Positions 62,936 to 64,000 of a stretch of DNA of 64,000 nucleotides are shown here, piece by piece. A program made the position numbers and the translations under genes. Source of the DNA: Octopus vulgaris (Eukaryota); assembly GCA_951406725.2 (NCBI GenBank), contig OX597818.1, forward strand, positions 42,346,001 to 42,410,000, written 5' to 3'. The notes under the pieces are model-generated. The model saw only the letters and a list, made by a program, of their open reading frames with translations. It did not search any database and was not told the DNA's origin. Each line of letters starts with the position of its first letter. Positions within the stretch are counted from its first letter, which is position 1.

Positions 62936-63899
62936 ATTTTACTTATATTTTCTTGTGGTAATACTGAGTTCCCCAGGTGTGTGACCTCATAGACTTGCAG
63001 CACACTGAATCCTTTCAACACCGACCTTCTTGGGACTGCCTCCAGTTCTATGACATAAATCTGTTTTAATTAGAAAGTTATTTTAATAAAATTCTTCATC
63101 GTCTTAAAAATTAACTAAACAAAAGCTGCTTGTTTTATCAAAAATATGGCAACAAAAGGGTAAGACACCTGTGTGCCCAGTAGTAGTGTAATAAGAGGCA
63201 ATTTGATTCCTTGGTATGTCTTTTTAAAACCAGCTGGTCTTAAAGAAAAGCGGAGAATGTTGTCTGTTCAGTTATTTTGTTTAAATGTCTACTTTGTAAA
63301 ACTGGAGCAGTCTCCTGCAAACATCTTCCACAATTTTCATCTACAAGTCAAATGCATGTGTCCATACTAGAGACCATCACGTACCAGATGGACACATGCA
63401 TTTCTTAAGTATTTATAACTTTGGGGATACTTTTTGGTTATCTCACCCCCCATTAAAAATTGGCTTATTTCCCTCCGTTTTACGAGAAACATCGGGGCTT
63501 TTGGTTATCTGCTTCAACTGGAAAAGTTGTTTAACCTTCAATAAAACAAAAAAAAATTAAACATTTTACTGAATCTGATAACTAATCATACTATGCCTAT
63601 TGAGGAGGCCAAACAAAATCAATGTGTTGAAGTACTAAATCAATAGGATCTAACTTTTTTGATCCAATCTGTTGTCGCCACATTAACTCGATTTTTTTTT
63701 TTTTTTTTTTTTTTTTTTAGTGGTGAGATAACCCAGTTTTTTAAAGGGGATTGAGGTAACCAAATTAAGTTGGTGACTTCTGCTTTAACAAGTGATTTTC
63801 CTAAACTTATATAAAACTGGCATGTCTTTGTAGAGTGACAGTACACGTCCACTTTTTCGTGAAATTTTGTATATATATATATATATATATATTATAATC

Positions 63900-64000
63900 T
63901 GCTATTTTTATTCCACTCTATGTCTTAATCTTATGGCATATTGTGGCATTGGTATATACAATAGCAACATAAAATTACTTCATCTAATCGAACCTCTTGG
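63900..64000 (+). ncRNA. Box H/ACA snoRNA-like, copy C (truncated by window end)
   Basis: Near-identical to copy B over hairpin 1, the H box ACATAA (63967) and the start of hairpin 2. Confidence 0.6.

Noticed and set aside
62660-63290. Duplicated segments of about 115 nt as a second snoRNA family
   Set aside because: No C/D or H/ACA boxes in register; best explained as flank co-duplicated with snoRNA copies B and C.

Overview
AT-rich, repeat-dense metazoan genomic DNA. The SINE and microsatellite content points to a coleoid cephalopod, probably Octopus (inference). Protein genes were reconstructed by hand from GT-AG sites and exon phases. (1) The last three exons of a trypsin-family (S1A) protease homolog on + (719-8080), whose catalytic Ser is replaced by Asp (GDDGGP). 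(2) A phase-consistent poly(ADP-ribose) glycohydrolase (PARG) gene on - with 19 coding exons (56169-18783, about 666 aa). (3) The first two exons of RPS24 on +, head-to-head with PARG; its intron 2 carries three copies of an H/ACA-like snoRNA. (4) An orphan acidic-repeat terminal exon (11906-12313). The rest is SINEs, RTE, CR1 and Penelope fragments, a decayed full-length mariner, MITEs and microsatellites. The most striking feature is four intronic loci carrying minimal type-I hammerhead ribozymes, all arranged as inverted dimers. They include about 355-nt circularly permuted, longer-than-unit monomers (retrozyme-like) and a tRNA-headed SINE that ends in a hammerhead. All calls are by eye; no folding, alignment or database search was run.
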